The translations under genes were made by a program, and so were the position numbers. From Mytilus edulis (taxonomy: Eukaryota), in contig NC_092346.1 in assembly GCF_963676685.1 (NCBI RefSeq), positions 30,566,001-30,630,000 on the forward strand: a DNA stretch of 64,000 nucleotides. Reading direction: 5' to 3'. This document shows positions 1-9,350 of the stretch, piece by piece. The notes beneath the pieces were generated by a model. That model saw only the letters and a program-made list of their open reading frames with translations. It did no database searches and had not been told where the DNA came from. Numbering within the stretch: position 1 is the first letter of the stretch; the number at the start of each line of letters is the position of its first letter.

Positions 1-644
1 ATCCTTATCTTTTAATCTAGATTAGTGCTCCTCATTGTTTTGTTCCTTTTTTTATCCCGATAAGAGTTAACCATTGCTAATTATAATCTATTTGTTTTCG
101 GATTAGAGAACCGAGTATTAACCCTTTTAATCCTGATTAGGATAAACAAATGCTAATTATAATATATGTGTTTTCGGATTAGAGAAACGACTCTTAATTT
201 ATATCCTAGATTAGAGGAATCCCTTTTGATAATTAACCAGTTGTTTCCAGACAATCAAAATCCAATTGTTTTCGAACTTAATTAGCGGATCCTTTGTTTG
301 AATAAAGGGAATTAATTGTAACGGAAGGAGAGACAGGCTATTTTTTTATTTTTACAGGAAATACTCTACACAACAGATTGCAAGAGAGAAGAAATATTAA
401 CAAACCGCTAACTGTATTTTCTAACAAACTAGTTGAGATAAGGATATTTAAAAAAATGAAAAAAGTTTTTCTTTCTTTCTCTTTGTAAATTCTTGATATT
501 ATTTTCTTTCTTTTCTCAATTAGTTTGTTTAAAAATAAACACCTCGTTGTCTCATCTATATATAGTTTCTTTTAACACAAAATAATAACACATTTCATGT
601 ATTAATCATTTATTTAAAATATTCTAGATTGTATTTGTTTTTTT

Positions 645-1334
645 TTAGTTAAAACATTTAAATTGTAACCATTTTTTTCTCTTCTTTTTTATTGTAAATA
701 TACTGTTTATGTCTCGTTGCACATACATTTTCTTTTGGGTTTCCAAATTAGTTTCTGTCTTTTTTGTCTTTTTATTCCGTTGGATGTATTCATTGTCACT
801 ATCTTCACTGTATTCATCTGTTTCTTCTTTCTCCTTATTTTCTTCTTTTGTTTTCTTTTCTTTATAAGAGGTAGACTCGAATCGTACTTTGTTTGTTTTT
901 TCGACATTCCTAAACAAACGAAGTGGAATGTTAGTAGACTTCAGAAATTGGTAGAATTGATGTATACCAGCTGTTAGTTTTCTACGACCAATTGGAACTG
1001 TTGAATCACGTATCAAGTCAACGATATGAGTGTTTGAAATATCTTTTCCGTCAATGCAAACTTCACCTTGTTCGTCCCACTTAATAGATGGTTGTTTTTG
1101 TAAGTAAAGCAAAAGTCGCCGGGCTTTGTCTTTATATCTAGATGGAATAGTGATATTGATTAACGATTGTAAATCATCATGTAACGGTTTCTGGTCATAA
1201 GAAAGATTGTGTTGGTTATTGTCTCGAGGTGGAGTGTCATTTAACACCACTTCCGCTTTCGGTTGATCTTCGTTTTGCTTTTGTAAGACAGCCTCGAATT
1301 TATGTTTAGGAATAAGAATCATTTCCTTCGTCAT
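645..1334 (-). CDS. Polinton PZ-like conserved protein, intact copy (229 aa)
   Basis: Motifs MILIP, P-x-x-YKDKARRLL, IKWDEQGEV-x-IDG, HIVDL and F-x-QFLKSTNIP resemble the Polinton PZ family. Lies downstream of ATPase and PW. Confidence 0.7.
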   Translation of the reverse strand: MTKEMILIPKHKFEAVLQKQNEDQPKAEVVLNDTPPRDNNQHNLSYDQKPLHDDLQSLINITIPSRYKDKARRLLLYLQKQPSIKWDEQGEVCIDGKDISNTHIVDLIRDSTVPIGRRKLTAGIHQFYQFLKSTNIPLRLFRNVEKTNKVRFESTSYKEKKTKEENKEKEETDEYSEDSDNEYIQRNKKTKKTETNLETQKKMYVQRDINSIFTIKKKRKKWLQFKCFN

Positions 1335-1610
1335 TTTAAGTGAGCAAGCACAATCTTTACTACTATAGGAATGAGATTTGATCGATACTTTAAAAGAAGT
1401 CTCTTTCGATGTAAACGTTGGGTGTCCTCGGCAGTGATTTTACGAATAACCGTTTTGTACTCCGTATTGTATAACCGTGTTGTATATACATTCTAGTAGG
1501 ATCTTAAATTGTTCGTTATTCATCGTTTTTATCATTGCGAGTCTTTGTTGATCCTCAGCGGAAGCCAATAAGGATAGAAAATTAACGTGTCTAATCACTT
1601 GCTTACTCAT
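1331..1610 (-). pseudogene. Polinton PW-like gene, frameshifted left copy
   Basis: Inverted copy of 9036..9350 in which 50 bp are replaced by 15 bp of filler (280 vs 315 bp). Confidence 0.85.
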
Positions 1611-1623
1611 AGTTTTTTAAGTA

Positions 1624-2292
1624 TTATTTCGGAAGAAAAACCATACAGTTCTCTCCAATGAATATATTTGTTCTAAGTAAATAAAGTTTGTCTGTGTGAG
1701 CGCTCAAATCAATCGTCAAGTATCCGTATTTTTTTTTGGTGGCGAGTTCGTAGGCCGACATGAAATATTTCACCTGACCTGGTAAAATTTGTTTAGCAAG
1801 TACTGTTAACTGGTGTTGATCACGATGATTTTTCAGACAAATAATGTAAGATGCATTCAGGGAAATGGTGCGCATGAATTTACCCGGAGAATGATATAAA
1901 TTCTGAGTAAGCATTAAAAGACTTATGTTTTGATGATGAGATTTTACCGTAAATAAATTTAAAACTTCCACATCATTCACTGCTGTTGCGAGCAAATCGT
2001 CTAAAACCAGAAGCATAATATGTTCCCTTTTTTCTGACCATGCATCCACTTGATCACTGCTTGGTAAACCTTCATAAAAAGTAATATTGTTTATTTCTTT
2101 TTCCATACTTGTGAATAATTCTTGATAAACAGAATAGCAATATACAATTTTTACAGGAGGGGTTGAAAACATACCTCCAGCTTGTTTAATTATGCGAAAA
2201 GTCAACATAGTCTTTCCACTTTGTGTCGGTCCCACAATTAAAATAGAACATGGTGCTTGGAAAGGTAAAAGCGTACGATCTCCACTCGACAT
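1624..2292 (-). CDS. A32/FtsK-like DNA packaging ATPase (222 aa from ATG 2292)
   Basis: Walker A GPTQSGKT, Walker B LLVLDD, and SHHQNISLLMLTQN, RTISLNASYI and YGYLTIDL motifs typical of Polinton ATPases. Confidence 0.92.
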   Translation of the reverse strand: MSSGDRTLLPFQAPCSILIVGPTQSGKTMLTFRIIKQAGGMFSTPPVKIVYCYSVYQELFTSMEKEINNITFYEGLPSSDQVDAWSEKREHIMLLVLDDLLATAVNDVEVLNLFTVKSHHQNISLLMLTQNLYHSPGKFMRTISLNASYIICLKNHRDQHQLTVLAKQILPGQVKYFMSAYELATKKKYGYLTIDLSAHTDKLYLLRTNIFIGENCMVFLPK

Positions 2293-2326
2293 GGTCTGAG
2301 TTTTTTCAGTTTTTTTTCCCACAAAT

Positions 2327-2358
2327 GACTGAAATAAAGTTTAAGTTCGAGTTTTATA
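2327..2358 (-). promoter_or_regulatory. Putative TATA box and Inr of the ATPase gene
   Basis: Minus-strand TATAAAA (2352-2358) lies ~27 nt upstream of TCAGTC. The catataaaactcgaac context is also kept in the diverged right-arm copy (~8831). Confidence 0.45.
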
Positions 2359-2727
2359 TGTTTGATACATAAGTATTTTTTGTTGATTTTTCTTTTTACA
2401 TGTATTTAGCTCCTTTTTTGTATTTTGGTATGTTTTTTTTACGTGTTTGGCATCGGTGTTCCTTTTTGACGTGTTAAGCTTCCGTTCTCAACCAACAATG
2501 CAAAAACTGTTAAAAATCATTTGACCACAGAATATTGAAAACCAACACTGAAAACCAAATCGTGAAAGAAAAGCTTCAGTTCTACCAACAAATATCAAAA
2601 AGAAAACAAGTTAAGAAATATTTATTGAACGCACAAAATTTCAAACATGAATACAAGAATATAAATAATAAATTAAATTACATACAATGTACAATATATG
2701 AAGAAATTTAAAAAAAAAATAAAAATG

Positions 2728-3117
2728 TCATATTAAGTTTTCACGTGATTTGATTCTTTTTTCCATTAAACGGTAAACATTGTCTTTTATTGTTTGACTA
2801 CGTAGTCTGTCCAATACGATCACGTTAAGTAGGAAGTAATTGCACACAAATTCTGAAGACATGTTCAGTTTTTTTACGTCTTCTCTGAATTTAATCAACA
2901 CATCTAAAAGTAAAAACGAACGACATGCTGTTTCAAAATGTCTTTCCAAGTGCTCCTGCTCGCTTTTCATCAAACATTCGTGGTTATGTTGACTGGGGTG
3001 TTCAACTTGGCAACCAGAACACGTTTCTTTCGTTTTCTTTGTAATCAATTCCTGTAACACCTCGGCAAAAGAATAGATCAAGACTGTAGTTAGAAGCTTC
3101 TTCTCCATGCCCGACAT
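2728..3117 (-). CDS. Polinton accessory protein with C-x2-C...HPSQ-x2-H-x-C putative Zn-binding motif
   Basis: CSGCQVEHPSQHNHECLM. First ATG at 3117, co-oriented with the ATPase. Confidence 0.6.
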   Translation of the reverse strand: MSGMEKKLLTTVLIYSFAEVLQELITKKTKETCSGCQVEHPSQHNHECLMKSEQEHLERHFETACRSFLLLDVLIKFREDVKKLNMSSEFVCNYFLLNVIVLDRLRSQTIKDNVYRLMEKRIKSRENLI

Positions 3118-3144
3118 GGCGATTGTTCTCAAAACAAATGAAGT

Positions 3145-3417
3145 TTAGTGATCTTCAATAAAAGAATGTAGAAACACTATACTCTCTTTCAGATTACACA
3201 ATTTTAGCCACACGTCTCTGTTGATTTTGATTTTTTTACCCTTTACAACGATATGAATGAATGTCTTTTGCTGTAGTCGTCTTCCTGTTTTCTTAATAAT
3301 TACTTTAGTCTCGTCGTCAATGGTAAACACATCTTCTCTCTTCAATAAATTTGTGTCGAGGTGTTCGTAATCACATTTGGTTGCTTCTCTCACCAAATAA
3401 ATTTGACACTGAGTCAT
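3145..3417 (-). CDS. Small Polinton accessory protein (90 aa), possibly PC4-like
   Basis: ATG-started ORF with upstream TATA-like sequence in the accessory cluster. The beta-strands-then-helix pattern is only suggestive of PC4. Confidence 0.45.
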   Translation of the reverse strand: MTQCQIYLVREATKCDYEHLDTNLLKREDVFTIDDETKVIIKKTGRRLQQKTFIHIVVKGKKIKINRDVWLKLCNLKESIVFLHSFIEDH

Positions 3418-3514
3418 GATGACTGTGGTGTTTTTATATACAGTGATTTAAATACAGGTATATTCATGCGTAGGGTCATACCATATTCGTGCATGCATAG
3501 CCATGTTTTTTTAA

Positions 3515-3791
3515 TTAAACTTTTCGGATGGATGGATTTGGTAAAATATATCCAGTACACCCACTCAATAAACTAATCCATAATTCAGTGTTTCCATTTT
3601 GCATTGTTATATCATGGAAGTATTATATTGATATATAATACTTCCATGGTTATATTAACAAGTGATGCTATAACAATTGTTATTACAATAATTATTTGAC
3701 AGAAATACACGATTTCTGCTTTGGGAATATTTTCTCCCATGAAGCGCCAAGTCGTTTGTGTGCTCTCCGTATTACTTCTTGTCTCTTCCAT
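3515..3791 (-). pseudogene. Small two-TM Polinton membrane protein gene disrupted by a 43-bp insertion
   Basis: Removing 3613-3655 restores MEETRSN...EIVYFCQIIIVITIVIASLVNITM-QNGNTELWISLLSGCTGYILPNPSIRKV*. Confidence 0.75.
3613..3648. mobile_element. 36-bp DNA-transposon excision footprint, P-element-like
   Basis: catggaagtattatat + tgat + atataatacttccatg (perfect 16-bp inverted repeats), flanked by the 7-bp direct repeat gttatat (3606-3612 and 3649-3655). Confidence 0.75.
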
Positions 3792-3879
3792 GTTGGTAAG
3801 TATAATAAAGGAACCACGTCGCTTATCACTCATACCTTTAAATACGTTTTAAAAAAAGTCAATTTTTTTTCTCTTTCAA

Positions 3880-4065
3880 TTAATTATAGGTAAAGAACAC
3901 ATTGGAAAGAAGATCCTTCTTCCACTGTTCAATTTGCTTCTTTTCCTCACACAAATGATATAGTTTAATCAATGTTTGTTTTTTTAACTTACAAAGATAT
4001 ATATACATTCTCCCTTTTCGCTCCTCGGACACGAAAGCGTTATAAATCATCTCTATCTCATTCAT
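3880..4065 (-). CDS. Hypothetical small Polinton protein (61 aa)
   Basis: ATG-started ORF co-oriented with the accessory cluster; no recognised motif. Confidence 0.3.
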   Translation of the reverse strand: MNEIEMIYNAFVSEERKGRMYIYLCKLKKQTLIKLYHLCEEKKQIEQWKKDLLSNVFFTYN

Positions 4066-5194
4066 TATTTGTATTAAATGGAAATTATGAAAAAAGTCTT
4101 AAAAGAGGGGCTAAAGATACAAGAATGACAATCAAATTCATAAATTGAAAAAAAAAATATCTGACAACATCGAGGATAAAAAAGACGAAAAGACAACGTT
4201 TGTTAAGCGTACAGTGACGAATATTACATACATATTCATTGGCACATGATTTACTAGAATACAGTTTCGCACCTCACGTGTATAAAACGTACAGTGACAA
4301 ATATAACATATGGCACATACATATTCATCGGTATCATTAACGTTTGTTAAAATTACAGTGACAAATATTACATATTGAACATACATATTCATTGGTAAAT
4401 GATTAACTAGTATGAACTAAAAAAAAAACCTTATTATTAAAAAAACACCCAATCATTTTAATTAAATCAAACAACAACAAGCATACCAACAAATTATACA
4501 CTCTTTTATAAATTGAGTGGTCTTTAATTTAAATGGACCTTACGCAGTTGTGTAAATCTTTTCTTCATTTCTAAGCGGTGTGTAAATATAAGTGCGTTAA
4601 AATCACGACTGTAAAAAAAATATTAGATATAAATTATTCGTGGTCTTCATAGAAGAATAAAACATTTGTGCTATGTTACCCAATCTCCATGTTCCAACTG
4701 GACAATTTGATTGATGATCTTAAATATCTTTTCATACTTTTCTCGCTAGACAAAGTCAGAAAATGTTTTTTTACTTTCTTTTCCTGTTTCTATTTTGTTT
4801 ACTATTTTTTATTTATTTAGTGTGTGTCTGCATTTAATATATATTTTTTTTATCTTGTTTTATATTTGTTTTGAAAATAAAAATGTACATATTCTCAACT
4901 TGTTATAGTTTAGAAGAAGAAAATTAATACAAGCATTAAAAAACTCTCCAACTCTAACTAGTAGTTTGTTTTTTGTTAAATAATAATAACAAGTGTTTAT
5001 TGGTGATACTCTAGTGGAATAAAGACATTGAGACGTAAACATACATGCATAGTGATCAAAGGTACACACTTATTTATTATGGTAAAATGAGGACGGTAAA
5101 TAGAATTTTATTGTACATTTTCACTGGTTTTAAAATTCTCATTTTTATGTATATTTCTCAAGAGTTTGTTTGGATATAAGTTCAGTATAACACG

Positions 5195-6316
5195 ATGGAT
5201 GAAGAAGTGAACAATCTTTTGACACCAATTTATTACAATATAGGAAATCCGAGTTCTTTTTCCTCAGCTAGCAAACTTTATCACATTGTTAATGCGGATG
5301 GGAAAAAAATTGGTTACCACAAGATAAAGAGATGGTTAAATGCACAAGACAATTATTCCTTACAAAAAACTCCCAGGCGTTCTTTTAGAAGATTACGTGT
5401 GTATACAACAGGAATTGGTAACTTAATGGACGTCGACCTAATGCAAGTAAGTAATTTATCACAATGGAACTCTGGATATAATTTTATACTAGTTGCCATC
5501 GATTGCTTTAGTCGACGTCTTTGGATGCAACCATCAAAGAGTAAAAAAGGTGTTGACATAGCCAAAGCTTTTGAAAAAATTCTGCAAACAGCAAAGGTAG
5601 ACAAGATCCGCTCGGACGTTGATGGATGTTTCAAGTCAAAGGTTGTTCAAAAACTTTTCAAGGAAAGAGGAGTGCGACATTTTGTAACTAAGAACGAGAT
5701 AAAAGCAAACTATGCTAAGCGTGTGATACAAACCATAAAAAATAAATTTTATCGTTACTTTACTAAAAAGAGAACGTATCGGTACATTGACAATTTACAA
5801 AAATTTGTAAAGAGCTACAATGCAACACCACACAGGTCCCTAAACTATATTGCACCCAACGACGTTACACCGGAAAACGAAGCGGATGTATGGGTTCAAC
5901 AATACTTGAATAAAAAGAAATCTCCTGATAAGACGAGTCGACCAAATACCAAAAACCCACAAAAACTTAAAACCGAAGCAGATTTGAAGAGAAAAAGAAA
6001 ATTGCAACGGCGGAAGAGTTACAAATTTAAAATCGGTTCTCTTGTTAGAATCTTCAAAGTTGTACGGAGATTGAAAAAACAGAGCATCAAGATTTATAAA
6101 TTGAGCTCTTTTTATAACGATGAGGAAATTTCTGGTGAATATTATTCTACTGAACTTCAGGCTGTTGATAAATCAGATGAATCCCTCTGGGTTGTAGAGA
6201 AAGTTCTGAAAAAGCGTAAAAGGCGAGGAAAGACCGAGTTTTTATGTAAGTTTCAAGGTTGGCCTGATAAGTATAACCAATACATTCCCGAGGAAGACAT
6301 TCAAACATTATCATGA
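5195..6316 (+). CDS. Polinton rve-type integrase with C-terminal chromodomain, probably catalytically dead
   Basis: MDVDL...LVAIDCFSR, IRSD, KANYAKRVIQTIK (normally AER), YNATPHRSL, and chromodomain VEKVLKKRKRRGKTEFLCKFQGWPDKYNQYIPEEDI. Confidence 0.9.
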   Translation: MDEEVNNLLTPIYYNIGNPSSFSSASKLYHIVNADGKKIGYHKIKRWLNAQDNYSLQKTPRRSFRRLRVYTTGIGNLMDVDLMQVSNLSQWNSGYNFILVAIDCFSRRLWMQPSKSKKGVDIAKAFEKILQTAKVDKIRSDVDGCFKSKVVQKLFKERGVRHFVTKNEIKANYAKRVIQTIKNKFYRYFTKKRTYRYIDNLQKFVKSYNATPHRSLNYIAPNDVTPENEADVWVQQYLNKKKSPDKTSRPNTKNPQKLKTEADLKRKRKLQRRKSYKFKIGSLVRIFKVVRRLKKQSIKIYKLSSFYNDEEISGEYYSTELQAVDKSDESLWVVEKVLKKRKRRGKTEFLCKFQGWPDKYNQYIPEEDIQTLS

Positions 6317-6774
6317 CAAACGACGATATTGACGAGGATCACATTATTTTCTTATTCAACGATCAATCAAATAAGTATTATCCTGAAAATATACCTTCAA
6401 ATTTTAAGGTTCACCTAAGTGACACATTGTATTTAGAAGGAAAGTGGGAAATAGCTGTTTTGGATTTTTATTCCAAGGAGAAAATTTCAACTGTTAAAAA
6501 AACTAAACACGAACTATACATTTTTTGTGACGTATGTATGGGTGTAAGTCTGTTTCACAATGAGTTTTCACTTTTACGACGTGTATTTCCTACACCAAAT
6601 AATACTTGGAATTACGTTTTTTCTAACCCTATTTTCGTACCTGTGAAAAAAACTGAAATCCGCGACTTAGAAATACATATTTTCGACGAAAGTGGAGAAC
6701 AAGCGTCATTTTTAAATCAACGTTTGTCCTGTACACTACATATTAGAAAAAGAAAGGGGAAGTATCAACGATGA
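6313..6774 (+). CDS. Minor capsid protein (penton, single jelly-roll)
   Basis: YYPENIPSNFKVHL...LEGKWEIAV, LYIFCDVC, LLRRV, FSNPIFVPV, IHIFDESG and CTLHIRK motifs. Position between integrase and MCP fits. Confidence 0.85.
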   Translation: MTNDDIDEDHIIFLFNDQSNKYYPENIPSNFKVHLSDTLYLEGKWEIAVLDFYSKEKISTVKKTKHELYIFCDVCMGVSLFHNEFSLLRRVFPTPNNTWNYVFSNPIFVPVKKTEIRDLEIHIFDESGEQASFLNQRLSCTLHIRKRKGKYQR

Positions 6775-7129
6775 ATGCAGACAAAATGTACATTCCAAGC
6801 ATGGAGAAGTGGTCGAAATATTATCAAAATGTTGTGCAGGGGAATAATAAAACGTATATAACGCACAAATACCGGACGTAATGGGTCTTTTATGATACCT
6901 ATTGAGAATCAAAAATCGCCGTCAACCTCGTCGAAATCTAATGAAAAGTACAATATTCATCTAGTTAGTCCAAGTGCGCAAATGGTCGGAGTCTTTAGAA
7001 GATGAGGGTTTGCATATAAAAGGAAAAAAACGTAAACGAAAGACCAGTCATAAGGCAACCAGCAGTGGAGTTGGCGTATGCAAAAAGAAAAGAGAACCAA
7101 AACGAGACGTTTTTTTTCAGAGTACATGA
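6771..7129 (+). pseudogene. Basic core-like (PM-like) protein gene with two frameshifts
   Basis: Three fragments in different frames: MNADKMYIPSMEKWSKYYQN / FMIPIE...IHLVSPSAQMV / IKGKKRKRK...KKKREPKRDVFFQST*. Sits between penton and MCP. Confidence 0.55.
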
Positions 7130-7136
7130 ATTAAAA

Positions 7137-8453
7137 ATGGCTTTACTAACATCACAGAACAACTTCACAGAAGCTATTCCTTCACAATTAGAAGTTTTCG
7201 AGATACCTCCATACCAGTTAGGAGTTGAGTCAATTTCGTATGAAGAATGTCGGCCTACATCACAAGTAACAGCCTACAACCCAATAGAATTTAATTTGTG
7301 TGCCCAGAACGGACTAGAATACATCGATCTCAGACGGTCGAAACTGTATGTTAAGTTGCGTGTAAAACATAGCAATGGAGACAATATTGCTATAGATTCA
7401 AAGGTGGCACCAGTAAATGAATTTTTCTATGCACTTTTTTCTCAAGTCGACTGTTACCTACAAGGTTCACTGGTATCATCAAGTAATACCAACTACTCGT
7501 ACAAATGCATGATGAAAACGCTACTCGATTATGGACAAGATGCAAAAGCATCACAACTAACGAGTGCGTTGTTTTATAAGGACAGAAGTGGACACATGGA
7601 CTCATTTGATACTAACACGGGTCTTTACGAAAGGAAAAAACTGATAGGTAATTCTAAGAGCCTTGATATGGAAGGAATGTTGTTTCACGATCTTTTTGAA
7701 ATGGATCGTTACTTATTAAATATGGTTGACGTAAAATTGAAACTTTTCAGAAGTAGACCGAGTTTCTGTCTAATGTCAAGCGAAGACGATGCGGACTATG
7801 ATGTTGTCATTGAAGATATTGTCGTTAAAGTGTGTAAAATTAAGGTCAATCCAGCTTTCATTTTTGCTCATTCGGAAGCATTGAAATCAACGAATGCTAA
7901 ATATCCCTATACAAAAACAGTAATGAAACATATTACTCTTATGATGGGTAGTACGTATGCAGTGTTGGAGAACATTTTCCAAGACGTGAAACCAAAACGA
8001 ATCATCATGGGTCTAACTTCGACAAACGCCGTGAACGGTGATTATCAACTTAATCCGTGGAATTTTCAACATTTTGACTTGCAACAAATAACTTTGTACT
8101 GTGATGGAGTTCCTGTAGATGGAATTCCTCTGAAACTACAATTCAACGAAGACAGGGGTGCAACAAATGTTGCAGCATACGTTAAAATGTTTGAAAACTG
8201 TGGAAAGTGGGGCGGAGATGCGGGGAATGAAATAACTAGATCGGACTTCAACAATGGATATGCTTTATTCTGTTTTGATTTACAACCTCACTTTTCAGAT
8301 GCCAACTATCTGTCACTGGTAAAGCAAGGAAAAGTAAGACTTGAATGTCATTTTGCATCACCCTTACCAGAAACTGTCTCTTTACTCATTGTAGCCGAAA
8401 ACTCTGGCTATTTTGAAATAACGGAAAATCGTCAGATCAAAGTAGAACACTAA
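7137..8453 (+). CDS. Major capsid protein (hexon-like double jelly-roll, PY), 438 aa from ATG 7137
   Basis: PSQLEVF-x2-PPYQ, PIEF, YIDLRRSKLYVK, FSQVD, YSYK-x4-TLLDYG, LFHDLF-x-MDRYLLN, AKYPY, NPWNFQHF, GYALFCFDL and G-x-VRLE motifs. Frame is intact. Confidence 0.92.
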   Translation: MALLTSQNNFTEAIPSQLEVFEIPPYQLGVESISYEECRPTSQVTAYNPIEFNLCAQNGLEYIDLRRSKLYVKLRVKHSNGDNIAIDSKVAPVNEFFYALFSQVDCYLQGSLVSSSNTNYSYKCMMKTLLDYGQDAKASQLTSALFYKDRSGHMDSFDTNTGLYERKKLIGNSKSLDMEGMLFHDLFEMDRYLLNMVDVKLKLFRSRPSFCLMSSEDDADYDVVIEDIVVKVCKIKVNPAFIFAHSEALKSTNAKYPYTKTVMKHITLMMGSTYAVLENIFQDVKPKRIIMGLTSTNAVNGDYQLNPWNFQHFDLQQITLYCDGVPVDGIPLKLQFNEDRGATNVAAYVKMFENCGKWGGDAGNEITRSDFNNGYALFCFDLQPHFSDANYLSLVKQGKVRLECHFASPLPETVSLLIVAENSGYFEITENRQIKVEH

Positions 8454-8892
8454 GTTCATACCTAATACTGTTTGTTGTATTTTGTCCTATTTAGATTATG
8501 TTATGACACAACCACATTATATGACATTTCTTTTTCTGTGTTTAATATTTCTATTTGTCTAATAAATATTCAAATATAATTCTTTTACTTGTTTTTTTTC
8601 TTCCTGTTCGTCTTTTAAAATGTCTTCGCTATAGAACTGATGCATTGATTTAAGTTTTTTTTTACATTGCTGCTGGTCATTTACCTGCTTTCAGGTAATT
8701 TATTAAGTTTGAAAACCAATTTGGAAATTTTGTGCAAGAGTGGTAAACATTCATTTAATTAAATGTTTTTCATCAAAACTTAAACACAACCAAAAACAAA
8801 CCAAATAAAAAAATATACGTTTGTATCAAACATATAAAACTCGAACTAAAACTTTGATTTCAACGATATGTGAAAAAAGAAGAACTCAAACC

Positions 8893-9022
8893 ATGTCAAA
8901 GGGGGGTCATTCACTTTTACCTTTCCAAACACCTTGATTAGAGTGCTCACACAGACAAACTTTATTTACTTAGAACAAATATATTCATTGGAGAGAACTG
9001 TGTGGTTTTTCTTCCGAAATAA
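8893..9022 (+). pseudogene. Internally deleted second copy of the packaging ATPase gene
   Basis: MSKGGHSLLPFQT... joins directly at 8933/8934 to the 3' end (SAHTDKLYLLRTNIFIGENCVVFLPK*). About 540 bp are missing relative to 1624..2292. Confidence 0.85.
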
Positions 9023-9035
9023 TACTTAAAAAGCT

Positions 9036-9350
9036 ATGAGTAAGCAAGTGATTAGACACGTTAATTTTCTATCCTTATTGGCTTCTGCTGAGGATCAGCA
9101 AAGACTCGCATTGATAAAAACGATGAATAACGAACAATTTAAGATCCTACTAGAATGTATATACAACATTTTACATGGAGTCGTTACACTATCTCCGCTA
9201 AATAAAAAGAAACTGTTTGAGTACAAAACGGTGATTCGCAAAATCACTGCCGAGGACACCCAACGCTTACATCGAAAGAGACTTCTTTTAAAGTATCGAT
9301 CAAATCTCATTCCTATAGTAGTAAAGATTGTGCTTGCTCACTTAAAATGA
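9036..9350 (+). CDS. Polinton PW-like basic protein, intact copy (104 aa)
   Basis: FLSLL...QRLALIKT...LECIYNILHGVVTLS...KKKL...IRKI pattern typical of the PW family. Lies between ATPase and PZ. Confidence 0.7.
   Translation: MSKQVIRHVNFLSLLASAEDQQRLALIKTMNNEQFKILLECIYNILHGVVTLSPLNKKKLFEYKTVIRKITAEDTQRLHRKRLLLKYRSNLIPIVVKIVLAHLK

Larger units (their letters stand above)
1..1712 (-). repeat. Left arm of the long inverted repeat
   Basis: Base 1 (atccttatct) pairs with 10667 and base 1712 with 8934. Near-identical apart from scattered substitutions and small indels. Confidence 0.95.

Noticed and set aside
7065-7136. N-terminal extension of the MCP ORF
   Set aside because: Non-ATG start overlapping the PM-like gene. 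The family-like start is MALL at 7137.
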